Of a DNA stretch of 64,000 bases, positions 12,258-24,463 are shown in pieces. Source of the DNA: Hormiphora californensis (taxonomy: Eukaryota > Animalia > Ctenophora); contig CM035358.1 of assembly GCA_020137815.1 (NCBI GenBank), positions 6,572,001 to 6,636,000 of the forward strand. Reading direction: 5' to 3'. Position 1 is the stretch's first letter. Each line of letters begins with the position of its first letter. Below the pieces are notes generated by a model. The model searched no databases. It worked only from the letters and a program-made list of their open reading frames with translations, and was not told the origin of the DNA. Both the position numbers and the translations under genes were made by a program.

Positions 12258-13072
12258 GTAATAACATATTGAGAAATGGTGGCGTAACAATTGGTCCCTG
12301 ACTCCTGATACCCGGTAATATTATCATCTTTATCTGGCGTCAAGTTTCTATCGCGGAAAGCGCTGTCTGGCGATGCGCTCAGACGGGGTCAGTGGCGTAA
12401 TACGTCCGTTGAATTAGGGACAAGCAAACAAATTTGATCTATGTAAACTATAGGTAGTATACCGGATACCCTACAATTTGTATGATTTACAAACAACAAA
12501 CACATATATAAAAGAGTTGAAAATAAGTGCATTCTTTGATAGTAAACTGAATTAATTTCAGAATTGAATTACCTTTAAAGAAGATCAAAGTTTTAGGTCA
12601 CGTGTCTTTAGCCGCTCCTTGGCCCTAATAATAAAGGGCCAATCCACCCCCTACGACATAAAATAATATTATTAAGATCTTGGATCCTAACCAAATGTCT
12701 GGAATTCCTGAAAAAAAGGGAAATGTTAATTGCGTTTGAGAGATCACTATGACGTCATCTTAAGCTATGGCGTCACTTCATATCGTATATAGTTCCCACT
12801 ATAATAATCTCCAGGTGCAGTTCTAATGGCGACAAGCAATATTCTAATGCCATCTGATATAGTGTGTCTGGGGGATGTAGCTGTATTGGGATGGTACAAA
12901 TATATTATTCTACTGTATCTTTCAGATGATCATGTTTCGAGCAATGCATCACACGTGTTAACTGTTAAATTATAGCCTTCTGAATCACTCCTTATCCTGG
13001 TTTTGATCAAGTTGGTCATATGTCTCAGCAAACTGTTACATCCTCTTCCGGTTTTGATCATGTTATATCTCC

Positions 13073-13445
13073 CTGTCAGGCCAATGCTCTGACCACAGTT
13101 TTTACGCACTCCGTATTTGAGAGAAATGAGAATAGGGTCAGGCCAATGCTCTGACAGATATCTCCGCTGTTTCAACAGTCAGTTTCTTTTCTCGAATCAA
13201 GTTGTTTCCTGGGTGAGATCGAAAGTCTGAAGTAAATGATTGTAAACCAGTCTGAACCGATTGGGAATCTGGCATCTAAATTAATTAACTGGAAGAAGGA
13301 GATCTCTAACCAAACCGTGTGATTCTGATAGAGAGTCCTCTGTCTATATAACCACACCATGAGATAGAGCATTGGCCTGACCCATTCTCGTTTCTCTCGA
13401 GAACTGTTTCTCTCGAGAACTGTGGTCAGAGCATTGGCCTGACAG
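13073..13445. repeat. Dispersed repeat family B, two copies in inverted orientation (13073-13156 and 13367-13445)
   Basis: Internal direct repeat GTCAGGCCAATGCTCTGAC; further copies at ~22506-22604 (+) and ~23511-23581 (-). Confidence 0.7.
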
Positions 13446-14179
13446 CCGCACCATGAGATAGAGCTTTATGAGTCTCTGTGAAAGATCGGCTCCTGCTTCA
13501 ATTACTATGCCATTACGTCTAGCCCGCCACACTGTAATTACCCAACCACCTAATCATACAGTTTCCAGTTCCCATCCAGTCTCTATTTAATCTGTCTCAG
13601 TTAAAGTTTAAACTCTGTCTCTGTCGGTCCAGACCTCAGAAGGAGGCTAGACGCCGTATCGTGAAGGATAACGCCGTCAGACTGGTTTAACTGACAATTA
13701 CCTACATCCGAAGCTGCGGACTTGGTCTATTTTGGAGTTCTGCATCATCATTACACGGAATCCATTTCTTCCTATATTTCTTCCTCTGATGTATACAACT
13801 CATTTAAACTGTATATAATTCGTGCATATCAAGATACAGTCCATTTTTTGCCGGAGATGGCCGATCATGCTCCATATCACCTTGCTTAACAAAAGATATA
13901 TAATACGTGTTGCATATTATTACATAGTAAAACAATACACATGTGTATCCTAGATACTAATCTACACTTGTGAGATATCCACAGGTTTCTTGATTCTATT
14001 GAATTTGAAGAGTCTGATATATGGTTCTCATTTAATTGGAATCCTAGAATCAAAACACGGCCATTATAGCTCCGTTCTGTCTGGAGCTCTCTCTTTCCGA
14101 GCTCTGTTTAAACCCAGCCAATTCTCAGCTCGCTAATGCGGTTTAAGACCGGTGGGATATATGCCCTGCATGATACCAT

Positions 14180-14462
14180 GTTTGCTATCTCTATCTCTCT
14201 CTCTGTTTCTCTTTCTCTCTCTGTTTCTCTTTCTCACTATGATCCTCTATCTCTCTCCCTCTATCTCTCTCTCTCTCGCTCTCTATCTCGCTCTCTATCT
14301 CTGTCTTTCACTCTGTTTCTCTGTTTCACTCTTTTTCCAGTTCCAATTGTCTCTCTGCTATAACTCCGTCTATCTCTCACGCTCTCTCTATCTCTCTCAC
14401 TATCTATCTATCTTTATCTCTCCTCTCTTTCTCTATCTATTTCTCTAGCCTCTCTCTTCTTC
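14180..14462. repeat. Imperfect (CT)n microsatellite
   Basis: CT/CTAT-rich tract. Confidence 0.9.
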
Positions 14463-14895
14463 TCGGCCGAATATCAATTACACTGCATTCATTTTTTCTA
14501 ATTTATGATTTGCCGCTAATTGCAATATATTCCTCCGATCATGTGTCAACGTTCTCTCTCATCTTTTGCCGCGGTCACTGCAGTTCTGCTAAATTCCATG
14601 GCCCTCGTAGCTAGGAACCACTTATCCCTCCATTAGGTGTGATAATATGTTCGAATCTTTAGATAATATTTGTGTGTTTAAATTTAGCTCTCTTTACAAC
14701 AATTTACAACCTTCTTGTCCAACTTGTATATATGTAATATCTTTGTTAGCTCGTCTCCCCGTGTCGCAAATGAAGACTGAGTCCCCTCCCTCTATTTGCA
14801 CTAATCGCCACACGCCCATCGTGGTTTAAATACTAACGGGAGCTAGTTACTCATATTAGGAGCTGGTTGTCATAGTAATACAGGAGCTGGTTACC

Positions 14896-17800
14896 ATGGG
14901 GACTGTTGTATCTCACGAGGGCCACAACCGGAATCTGGCTACAGCGGCCAGTATGGCACTACGAGTGGCTGATAACCCGCCTCCGAGGACATCCATAGGG
15001 GTCGTCCGAATTGAGGTACGTAGCGGGGTTGTAGTCTACCATTTGCGTATTGCATAAGTTGATAATTTGTAGAAATTATTACTAATTTGAGTGTAGTTTA
15101 TTTGTTATTTCCTGTTTTAATTCCTATGATCCAACTTGCATTTACTGGTCATTTTATTATTCGACGAATGTTGCATTTGTTTTTCTACTCGAAAACATGA
15201 ACCTGAGTTCTGAGTTCTAAGTTCTGAACTTGAAGATATCTCTATTATAATTTGGAGATGAACGTCGTCGAAGTCGTTCGTTAGGCGGTATCTAAGCGAC
15301 AGACTGCTCCTTCATAAAACACTTTATGTGCCCAAAGCTGTAAAGCTGCTGTTCACACTTTTGCAACTTCCCGTGGAAGTTTGTTGATATTTTCGAATTA
15401 ATTTTAACATGCCAGTCTCCATAGTTACCACTCCAGTTGCCATGGCAACCGTGATATTGACGTTGAAAGGGGCGAAAAGAACCGCCCGGCGAAGCCGGGT
15501 TGGTTGTCAAAAAGCCCTTACTTGAGGCGCACCCAATGCTGCCCCTTTTTTTTAGAATGAAGTATTTGCAATTTTGGCGATTTTGAGTTATTTATACCAT
15601 CTTGATCAGGAGAAAAAGATCTACAAGATGGGCTAAGTCTCGTGTCTCAATCTTCAAAAAATAGAGTGAAGTGTTTTTTGTGAAGTACTTTTATTTTTGA
15701 AAAACTGCAGAAAAAGTGAAGCAAATGGCAATTGCTTCGCTAATATAATTCGGAAATAAATACTGCTTCGTTAAACTTTTCTACCATAGAAGTAATAACC
15801 GCAGAAAAATTTGCTTCAGTTGTTTGCTTCATTTAAAAAATTCTATTGAAATACTTCAATCAGCTGCAGATTTTGTTTGAAGTATTGTCCACATCAGAAG
15901 ATACTTCACTTCATTTACTTCAATTTGAAAATGCTTCATAAATCAGTTGCAGATTTTGTTTGAAGTATTTTCAAATCAGAAGATACTTCACTTCATTTAC
16001 TTCAATTTGAAAATGCTTCATAAATCTGTGGAATTCAAATGCTTCTTGTCGCATCCAGAAAAAATACTTCATAACTTAAGAATACTTCATTTTTTATTAT
16101 AATATGTGCCATTTATAACACAAGTCCGGCCAAATGAAGTAATTTCCAAGATTTGTTCTTTGCTGCAGCATCATCATGATGAAGGTCGAACGGAGGCGAT
16201 CCCTATAATAATTATTCTATTCTGAGTAATTATAATTATCGTTCACATCTCGAATTACTCATCCTCACCGTCACAACTACGTCACTCCAATCTCATTCTT
16301 CGAACTTAGAACCCCACATTCAAAGGTAGCATTATGTTCCAGTACCGTACTGTCGTAACGACACAACACAACCAGTTGTTAGGTAACTCAACAAGTGGAG
16401 AAGAGATGTCTGGGGGCCGGGGTGATCATGATTCTGGGATTATCTCTATGTAAGAGTGTCACTCTGAGACAAAGAGAGAGAGACACCACAAACAGTGTTG
16501 TCAAACACTGACCTCATAAGGTTTTATAAGTTATTGCCCTAGCGTTTGGTTTCAAATTTACATCATTCCGAAAGGCTAGGGGGCCAGCTGCAGCTGGTTT
16601 GAAAACTCAACCTGTCTGGAGTTCAAATAGTAGCTAACGGACAGGCAGGATGACCTGGGGAAGGGGGTGAGTTAGGGGTCAGGATAACCTAGGGAAGGGG
16701 GTGAGTTAGGAGGCAGGATAACCTAGGGAAGGGGGTGAGTTAGGAGGGCAGGATGACCTGGGGAAGGGGGGTGAGTTAGGAGGCAGGATAACCTAGGGAA
16801 GGGAGGTGAGTTAGGAGGCAGGATGACCTAGGGGAAGGGGGTGAGTTAGGGGTCAGGATAACCTAGGGAAGGGGGTGAGTTAGGAGGCAGGATGACCTGG
16901 GGAAGGGGGTGAGTTAGGGGTCAGGATAACCTAAGGAAGTGGGGTGAGTTAGGAGGCAGGATGACCTGGGGAAGGGGGGTGAGTTAGGGGTCAGGATAAC
17001 CTGGGGAAGGGGGGTGAGTTACGAGGCAGGATGACCTGGGGAAGGGGGTGAGTTAGGAGGCAGGATGACCCTGGGGAAGGGGGTGAGTTAGGAGGCAAGG
17101 ATGACCTGGGGAAGGGGGGTGAGTTAGGGGTCAGGATAACCTGGGGAAGGGGGTGAGTTAGGAGGCAGGATGACCTGGGGAAGGGGGTGAGTTAGGAGGC
17201 AGGATGACCTAGGGAAGGGGGGTGAGTTAGGGGTCAGGATGACCTGGGGAAGGGGGGTGAGTGAGGGCCTGTCACCTTATATCCCTTTGTCACCCCTGTC
17301 ACCTTATCTCCAATTGTAACCCCTGTCACTTTGCCTCCCATTGTAACCCCTGTCACTTTGCCTCCCACTGTCTCCCATGTCACTGAACTATCACACTCAC
17401 GGGAATTTGAAATGTTTGTAAAAAATTAAAGAATACGGATACAAATCATCCAAATATTAACAAAATATATTGTCATCTAACTGTTCTGTCCTTACATTCC
17501 CACACTCCTAGACAAATACTCCTCTTCGTGAATAACCGCGAATGGAGACAATCTCACTCCCGTTCCCTCTCATCGATATTAGCTCTCTGTCAAGACCCTT
17601 TCTCTATCTCTCAGCAACCGACCGGACCAAATAAACAACCAATCCGAGCTCATTATTCAGGTCACGTGACTGGTTATCAGCCAATCGATTGTTAAAGGTT
17701 GACAAGATACCTAAAACTTTTCGTATATCGTCTTATTTTGATTTATTATTAATTTTCAGCATTTTTTCAGAATTTTTTGTCGGCTAGAAAAAAATTCGAA

Positions 17801-20800
17801 ATAGGGGGTCTACCGATATTGTCAGCACTGGTTTTACTGGGCACACTCACTGCGTCTCGCAAATTGAAATTCACGTTTCCGGTTCCTCAAAAGATAAAGA
17901 CTTGATCTTGGTTGCGTTGGATTGGTCTCAATAAGACCTTTCCAACGCTACCAAAACGGTTTCTGTATCTCATCAGGAACCGGAGATATTACGTTATCAA
18001 TTTTAAAAAAGGCACACTCATTTGTCAGTAGACCCCCTATTTTGCACATATTTCTAGCCGACAAAAAATTCTGAAAAAATGCTGAAAATTAATGATAAAT
18101 CAAAATAAGACGATATACGAAAAGTTTTAGGTATCTTGTCAACCTTTAAAACATGTAATGAACTGGCCTGTGTGTCTGTCTGTGTGTCTGTCTGTGATCT
18201 GTTTGTATGTCTGTGATCTGTTTTTTATTTGTCAATTTTTATAACCGGACCTGTGTAAGGTCGGAAAAAATTCGAATCTCCAACTCCATGTTTCACCTAT
18301 ATTCAACCCAACTCAAAACCAATTTTTAAAGTATACTCCCTCCGGCAGATTAATCTTCCGATTTTATCTGCGGGTTTTCTTTGTTTGAGGGTTGCCCCTG
18401 CGTTTTTTTTTTTTTTCGCTCAATTTATCACACCATGATTTTCCATTTTCCCCCAAGGGCGGGGCGGGGGGGCCCCTCTTTTATGCTGCTGCAGGCTGCT
18501 GCAGGGGCTGCGTTGTAATTTTTTTTTCGTCTGTTTGTCTGTCTCTGTTTCTGCAGCGCTGCTCGGATTTTCTTTCAAGACTCAGAAATTCTAACCATTT
18601 TAACTTTTACTGGTGTTAAAGAAAAATTAAAATTCGTTTTTGGGTTTTATCCAAATATTAAATAAATTGCGATTTTTTAAGCACATGTAAAACTTTTTTC
18701 GATTAAGTTTTTTTTTGGCATTTTGAATAAATTCTTGGGAAGATTTTTAGAAAGAAGTAATTACTGAAAAATTATGCAAATAATACTTTTTTTGGGGCTT
18801 TTTTTGCATTATATGAAGTATTTTTTTTTTGTGAAGTAATTCTGAAGTTCTACCACAAAAAAATTTTGCTTCATCGATATCATCACAAAGAAATTTTTTC
18901 AAACGTAAAATAAGTGAAGTAAACCCAACAGAGAAGGCATCAATTTTTACCTGCACAATTTGAGAAAATTTGATGATTCGTAATTGGAATCCCGCAAAAT
19001 TCCTTTGGATTCTTTTTGGTATAAGTCATAAAACGTTTACGTACTTTTGGGCTTCTATACAATTTTAGTTCCCAAAAACCCTCTAAAAAACTTTAAAAAT
19101 CATTTTCTCGAAAAATAAAAAATGCAAATACTTTTATTTTAAAAAAAAGGGGCAAATGGGGGCGCTAGTATTTTAAAGTAACAATTAGTTTTAACGAAGA
19201 GCAACTGGGACTTTTTGTTTGGGGAATATGAGCCCAGAGAATGGTATTTTACCCATATTATGATGCCATTGTGCATTAGCAGGGGTGGGAGGAGGAGAGG
19301 AAAGAGAAAGAGAGAGAAAGAGAAAGGGGGAAAAAGAAGGGGAAAAAGGGGGAAAAGGGGGTCCCCTTTTCTCTCCCCTCTCCTCTCTTCTCTCCTCTCT
19401 CTCTCTTGCCCTCTCTTTTCTCCCCCCCTCCCCTCTTTTTTCTCTCTTTTCCCTCTCCTTTTTCCCTCTTTTTTGGCCCCCAAGCCTTGTTCTATTTCTT
19501 TCCTTTTCTTCCTGGGAAAGCCCCTTTTTCCCAACCTTTTTTTTTCAGGATCCAAATTTTTTGCAAACCCCCCATTACAGCTCCTCGCCTCCCACTTCAA
19601 TTTCTTTTTTTTTCCCCACTTCCTTTTTCCCCCCCTTTTCTACCCCCCTCCATGTTATTAGTCTCAATTCTTTAAAATGTTCTTTTTTTTTCTTTCAAAT
19701 TTCCTTTCCCCTTTTCCTTTACCCTCCCCCCCTTTTTACCCCCCGTTCTATAATGAAAAAATAGTAATTTTTAAAATCATGCGGGGTTTTTTAGTTGTTT
19801 TTCTCAAACTCCTGCTCAGAGGGTCAGGAATTTTCCCTCCCTTTGGTCACCCCAAAAATTCTCATGACCAAAATGATGCCTTTTCCCTCTCTTTACCCCG
19901 TTTTTGGGGGGAACCCTCCCCCAACCCCCCCCATTAATATGGTACCTTTTAACTTGGCCTTCCCGTAACAACCCAATCCTGCATTTTTCTCCCCTTTCTA
20001 TCTCTCCTGTGGCCCGTACTCTGTTTTCTGCTCTATCCCTTCTTGAGACCCCAGTTAAATGACACTACACTCAACTCATTTCCTGCGCCATTTTAACCGG
20101 GGCTCTGGCGGCTACTCCCCGCCCCTTGTCAATCACTGGCCCCGCAAACACCGCCCAAATCGAAAAGAGGAAGAGGAACAACACAGGGTAAATCATATGT
20201 TGTAACCATGGAAACTATAAATTCCAGAATTATATTTTGTGAGCCCTTTATGATCCTTTATAAATTATTTTGTCACCGTGCATTTGTGTATGTGATTCTT
20301 TGTCGATCCTATTATACTCGATACTGAATAAGTACTTGATCTTAGCGGTGCATATGTATTGTACGTGATTATCCGTGCAACACTTTAGATTCAAAGAGCG
20401 CCGTATTGCAGGGGCAGGGGGAGCGGTGTATGGGTCATTGTACGCGGGTCATACATGTGTAAAATTTAAACTCCCCCCGCCCCTCCTGGTATTCACTAAA
20501 ACTCAAGTTTTGATCTGCACTTCAGCTCAGTACTTTCCGCACAAGCAGAACACTATGTACCTGGTGCTGTTGAATAGAATTGTATGAACAATACAAAGGT
20601 GGTGCTGTTAAAGAGACGTCGTATACTGTGTTGTTAAACTGTGTGGTTACTCAGTACCAGATATATAGAGCTCTCTCCATCCGTGGTGTAATTATAGAAC
20701 TTGTGGTGTGTTAAACAGTTCGTGCTTGCTTCCCAGCTGTTGATCTACGTAGTATAGTGCTACTAGTAGTACTTGTATACTGGTGCTCAGCTTCACGCTC

Positions 20801-23800
20801 TACCGTACCTGACTTTAGCTTTAGTATTAGGCCTGGTGTTGATCAGTTAATTCAGCTTGTAGTGATCTCTAGACCTCTTCTGCCATGGATTATTATATAT
20901 AGGTTCTGGATTCCATTGACTTGATACGAGCTCAAATCATGCGAACACCTGTCTGGCGAGGCAACATGCCCCTTTTGATTCTCAACATATCAAATCAGCG
21001 CCGCCAGACAGATCTTTAGATCGTTGTCTATTTATAGTTCACTATTATACTGCAATGGTTATTGATACGGTGTATGAGGAGGGTGAACCTGAACCTATAG
21101 GACCAGGGGGTGTTCAGGATCCGGTCAGTTAATGGAGAGTTTTAGTTTGACATTAGTTGATTAGTTAATGATTAGTTAGGCTCATGTTTGCCTTGTTTGA
21201 ACAAAACAAGCTCATATAGAGTCTCACTCTAGAGTCACCCACTGATATACCAAGTCCCCTACAGGATTGTTTAATGCCAACCTTTTTTCCCCTGCATGAT
21301 TATCTAATTTCCATCTATTTCCCTGTATGATTTCCTAATCCCACCCTATTTCCCAGGATTTCCTAACAGCCGCTGAGTATGAAGAGAGACAGAAGGCAAA
21401 ACGGAAAGCAGCCGCCAGCGCTGGGGATCAGCTGGAACCCAAACAAAGATCCAAGTAAATATACCTCTTTCTTTTATTACATATCTTTTATTCAAGTAAA
21501 TACTGTCAGTAAATATCCGCCAACACCATTGGTGTGAATAATGAAACCAAACAGACTGTCAGAAGGGCAAAGCCCTTTCCCCCGAGAAAAGCCCAGTAAA
21601 TCGGGGTCCGACTGCATGACAACCTAAACAATATCCTATATTATCCTAACAATGATATATCCAATATCTGCAGAGAAAAGGACGTGACGTGGGGAGGGGA
21701 GCACACGTTTATCTATAATGACACAGTAGCCGCTTGGAGCAAGCTAGAACAACACGTGGGCAAGAAGCTCTGTGAACCATACATTGGACGGGTTAGTGAG
21801 AGAGTTTTGTGTGAAAATAGGCCCAAATAGCTGCTGTAGTGAGAGAGACAGGATTCCAGCACTATCAAACAAACAAACGTCAAACAAACGTCAAACAAAC
21901 CCCTTCCCTCACCCACAGGACGGTAGAACACCCTGTACAAAGATAGTCAAGAAGACCACTATGACAGCCAAGACGGAGGTACAGCTGATGGATGCCTGGA
22001 TCCGTGCCAAGACTCCAGTTAGACCGAACACAGCGGAGCCGAGTACGGAACAGAATGTACCTAACTGGGATGAGTGTGATGAAGTGGAAACGGTCAGTTT
22101 ATAGATAGTTCCTTGATTCCTTAGTAGATAAATATAGTTCCTTGATTACTTAGTCCATTTAAAATAGTTTCCTGCATTCTCTTCCGGTTCCTCACTGTCT
22201 CACTGTCTCTTTCCTTCGCCGTATCAAGCTGTCAGCTTCCATAACTTCTACATGACTTTAATTCAGCTAATCCCTCCTTGTTGAGTCCCCCGCCCCTTAC
22301 TCAACAACCCTCCCTCCTCAGGAAGAGGACGAGGAAGGAACTAGGACATGTTACCACTGCGGTGAGGGATTCCTCAGGTTGGTCAAGTGTAGAGTGTGCG
22401 GGAGGAGCATCCACACACCCAAATGTGTTTATAGTGAAACAAATGGAGATATTATTGTGACTGCAACCAGTCTCAGGTATGTACAATTATAGGACCTGTA
22501 TATCCTGTCTCAGACCAATGCTCTGACCGCAGTTATGCAGTTATGCAGTTCTCCTGTATATATTTGAGAAAAATCAGAATAGGTCCAGGCCGTTGCTCTG
22601 ACAGCATCCCCCTGTACTGATTGACCCCTTACCCACCCCCACGTCCCCCACAGGCGTTTCTCACCCCCCTACTCAACCTCCATCCACCCATCACCTCCCC
22701 CATGTTTTCTCTCACTCAACAATCCCCCACTGCAGGTGCTTCATGACTGACTTTGTGTGGTCGTGCCCCTCGTGCGAGAACCTCCTCGGTCTCCTACAAG
22801 ACGAGGAAATGATAGAACTTATGGAAAACTTTGAAAATCTGGATGTTGATTGTGGTACGTGCGTTTAATTTTTAAACTCCCTTCTTTTTCCCCACCCTCG
22901 TTTTGTTCTATACCTCAACGGGGCGTGCAGTTAGGGAGGGTCGAGCTACCGGCCCATCCCCCTCTCTAATTATTACCTATACAACCATCTCGCAACCTTC
23001 AGTCTCCACCATCCTGACTTACAACCCTGACTTACAACCCTGACTTACAACCCTCAACCCCCCCCCCCCTTGACAGATGACTTACAACCCCTCCTCCCAC
23101 CCTCTAGTTACTAAACCCTCCTCCCCTTGACAGATGCCAGGATTTCTCTGGACGACTTCCTAAAGTATAAGCATCGTGTTTTCAAAACTCAGTACGGGAG
23201 GATAATGGAGGTGGGGGAGGTAGAGACGGCAGTGGAAGAGGTAATTATACATTATATATGTTATCATGGTGTTATCATGGTGTTACCATGGTGTTATCAT
23301 GGTTGCCATGGTTACACACTTACTAATGGAGGTGGGGGAGGTAGAGACGGCAGTGGAAGAGGTCAGAAAGTAACCCCCTTGATTTTGTTTTATATGAATG
23401 AAATAGAATCAACGTACTGAGAAACTGTATGGCGGCGCCATACCCCATTTGTGCGCTCAGATGGGTCGCGGCGCCAGACGGCTGAGAAGCACCCCATCAA
23501 CAAAGGCCCTCTGTCAGACCATTGGCCTGACACTATTCTCATTTCGAGAGAACAGTGCTACACAGAGCATTGGCCTGACAGACGCCCCTCCATATGACCC
23601 AGAAAGAGATTATGTGTTGGAAAACAACATGATTTTATCTTCCCCTGCAGTTCCAAAGACTGGATAAACCCAAGACGGGAATGGTTGATTGGTGGTGTTT
23701 TGTGGATGCACGGATTGTAGAGAAACTCAGTGATAGACCAAAGGTATGTTTTTTTTTATGTATTTGTGATATATTTGGGTGTAGGGGAGGGGGTCATGTA

Positions 23801-24173
23801 CTACTTTTACCCCACTCCCAAATAGCTATACAATTTGTTGAGTAAGGGGTACTTTACTAAACAATATACAATAGTTCTAAACAGGAACCGACCGAATCAG
23901 GAAATACTGGTTCCTGATTGGCTGATAACCAGTCACGTGACCTAAATAACGAGTTCTGATTGGTTGTTTACTTGTTTCGGTCGGTTCCTGGTTCTAAACA
24001 GATCCCCACCACAGGCAGAGTTAGTGGCGTGTCTGAGTCCCCTGGAAGTATCCGAAGCAAAGCAGTTCTTCAAATCATTTGACGCAGATGCAGATGGAAA
24101 GATCACCCTGAGAGAAGCAGAGAAAGCATATGAGAGATGGTTTGCTAGTCTGTGGTCAAAAGTACTCAAGTAA
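14896..24173 (+). CDS. PHF24: PHD finger protein 24 (GINIP/KIAA1045)-like: N-myristoylation motif, PHD finger, EF-hands; multi-exon, C-terminus possibly incomplete
   Basis: Exons 14896-15015 (MGTVVS..), 21357-21454, 21674-21755, 21919-22092, 22322-22476, 22736-22854, 23134-23240, 23651-23743 and 24015-24169/24173 are all phase-consistent. CYHC..KCRVCGRSIH..C..WSCPSCENLLGLLQDEEMIELMENF..ISLDDFLKYKH..FQRLD..G.VDW..RP..L...LS..E...A...F.SFDADADGKIT..WF follows the vertebrate PHF24 pattern as I recall it. A possible extra or alternative exon lies at ~21055-21123. Confidence 0.85.
15858..16026. repeat. ~83-bp tandem duplication within a GAAGTA/TACTTC-rich repeat arm
   Basis: AATCAG(C/T)TGCAGATTTTGTTTGAAGTATT..GAAAATGCTTCATAAATC occurs twice. 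Confidence 0.8.
16644..17262. repeat. ~34-bp G-rich minisatellite, ~18 copies
   Basis: GGCAGGATGACCTGGGGAAGGGGGTGAGTTAGGA and variants. Confidence 0.95.
17617..17686 (+). mobile_element. hAT-type MITE family A, degenerate partial copy
   Basis: ACCGACCG..AAACAACCAATC..GGTCACGTGACTGGTTATCAGCCAATC. Confidence 0.75.
17696..18145. mobile_element. 450-bp MITE with TTAA target duplication (Kolobok/T2-type termini)
   Basis: TTAA|AGGTTGACAAGATACC..GGTATCTTGTCAACCT|TTAA; ~95-bp near-perfect TIRs. Confidence 0.88.
23882..23990 (-). mobile_element. hAT-type MITE family A, full length, in a PHF24 intron
   Basis: 15-bp TIRs; perfect 8-bp TSD GTTCTAAA (23874-23881, 23991-23998). Confidence 0.93.
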
Positions 24174-24463
24174 GGACAATTCAGCTCTGATGTGTATCAA
24201 GTTGGCGCTGTCTGGGCGTCTGGCGCCGCAAGAACCTGTTTTGATTCTCGACAGTGTGGTCAGAATGGGTCGGCGCCGTCAGACAGAGTTGGCGAGGGTT
24301 CGTTTGTACCCTTCCCTAATTCTGAATGAACTAGGAAAGAAGGATCGTGTTCGAACTAAACAAGGGATACCTCCAACTTCCTTGGTATCGAAGACACCTC
24401 ACACTCTGTTTAGAGGTATCAGAAGGGCTTCCCCTATTTTTATAGCGCGCCCAAAACGTTATA

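Noticed and set aside
13178-13690. Possible small plus-strand exons ending PQKEARRRIVKDNAVRLV*
   Set aside because: Only two short phase-compatible segments with no recognisable homology; insufficient support.
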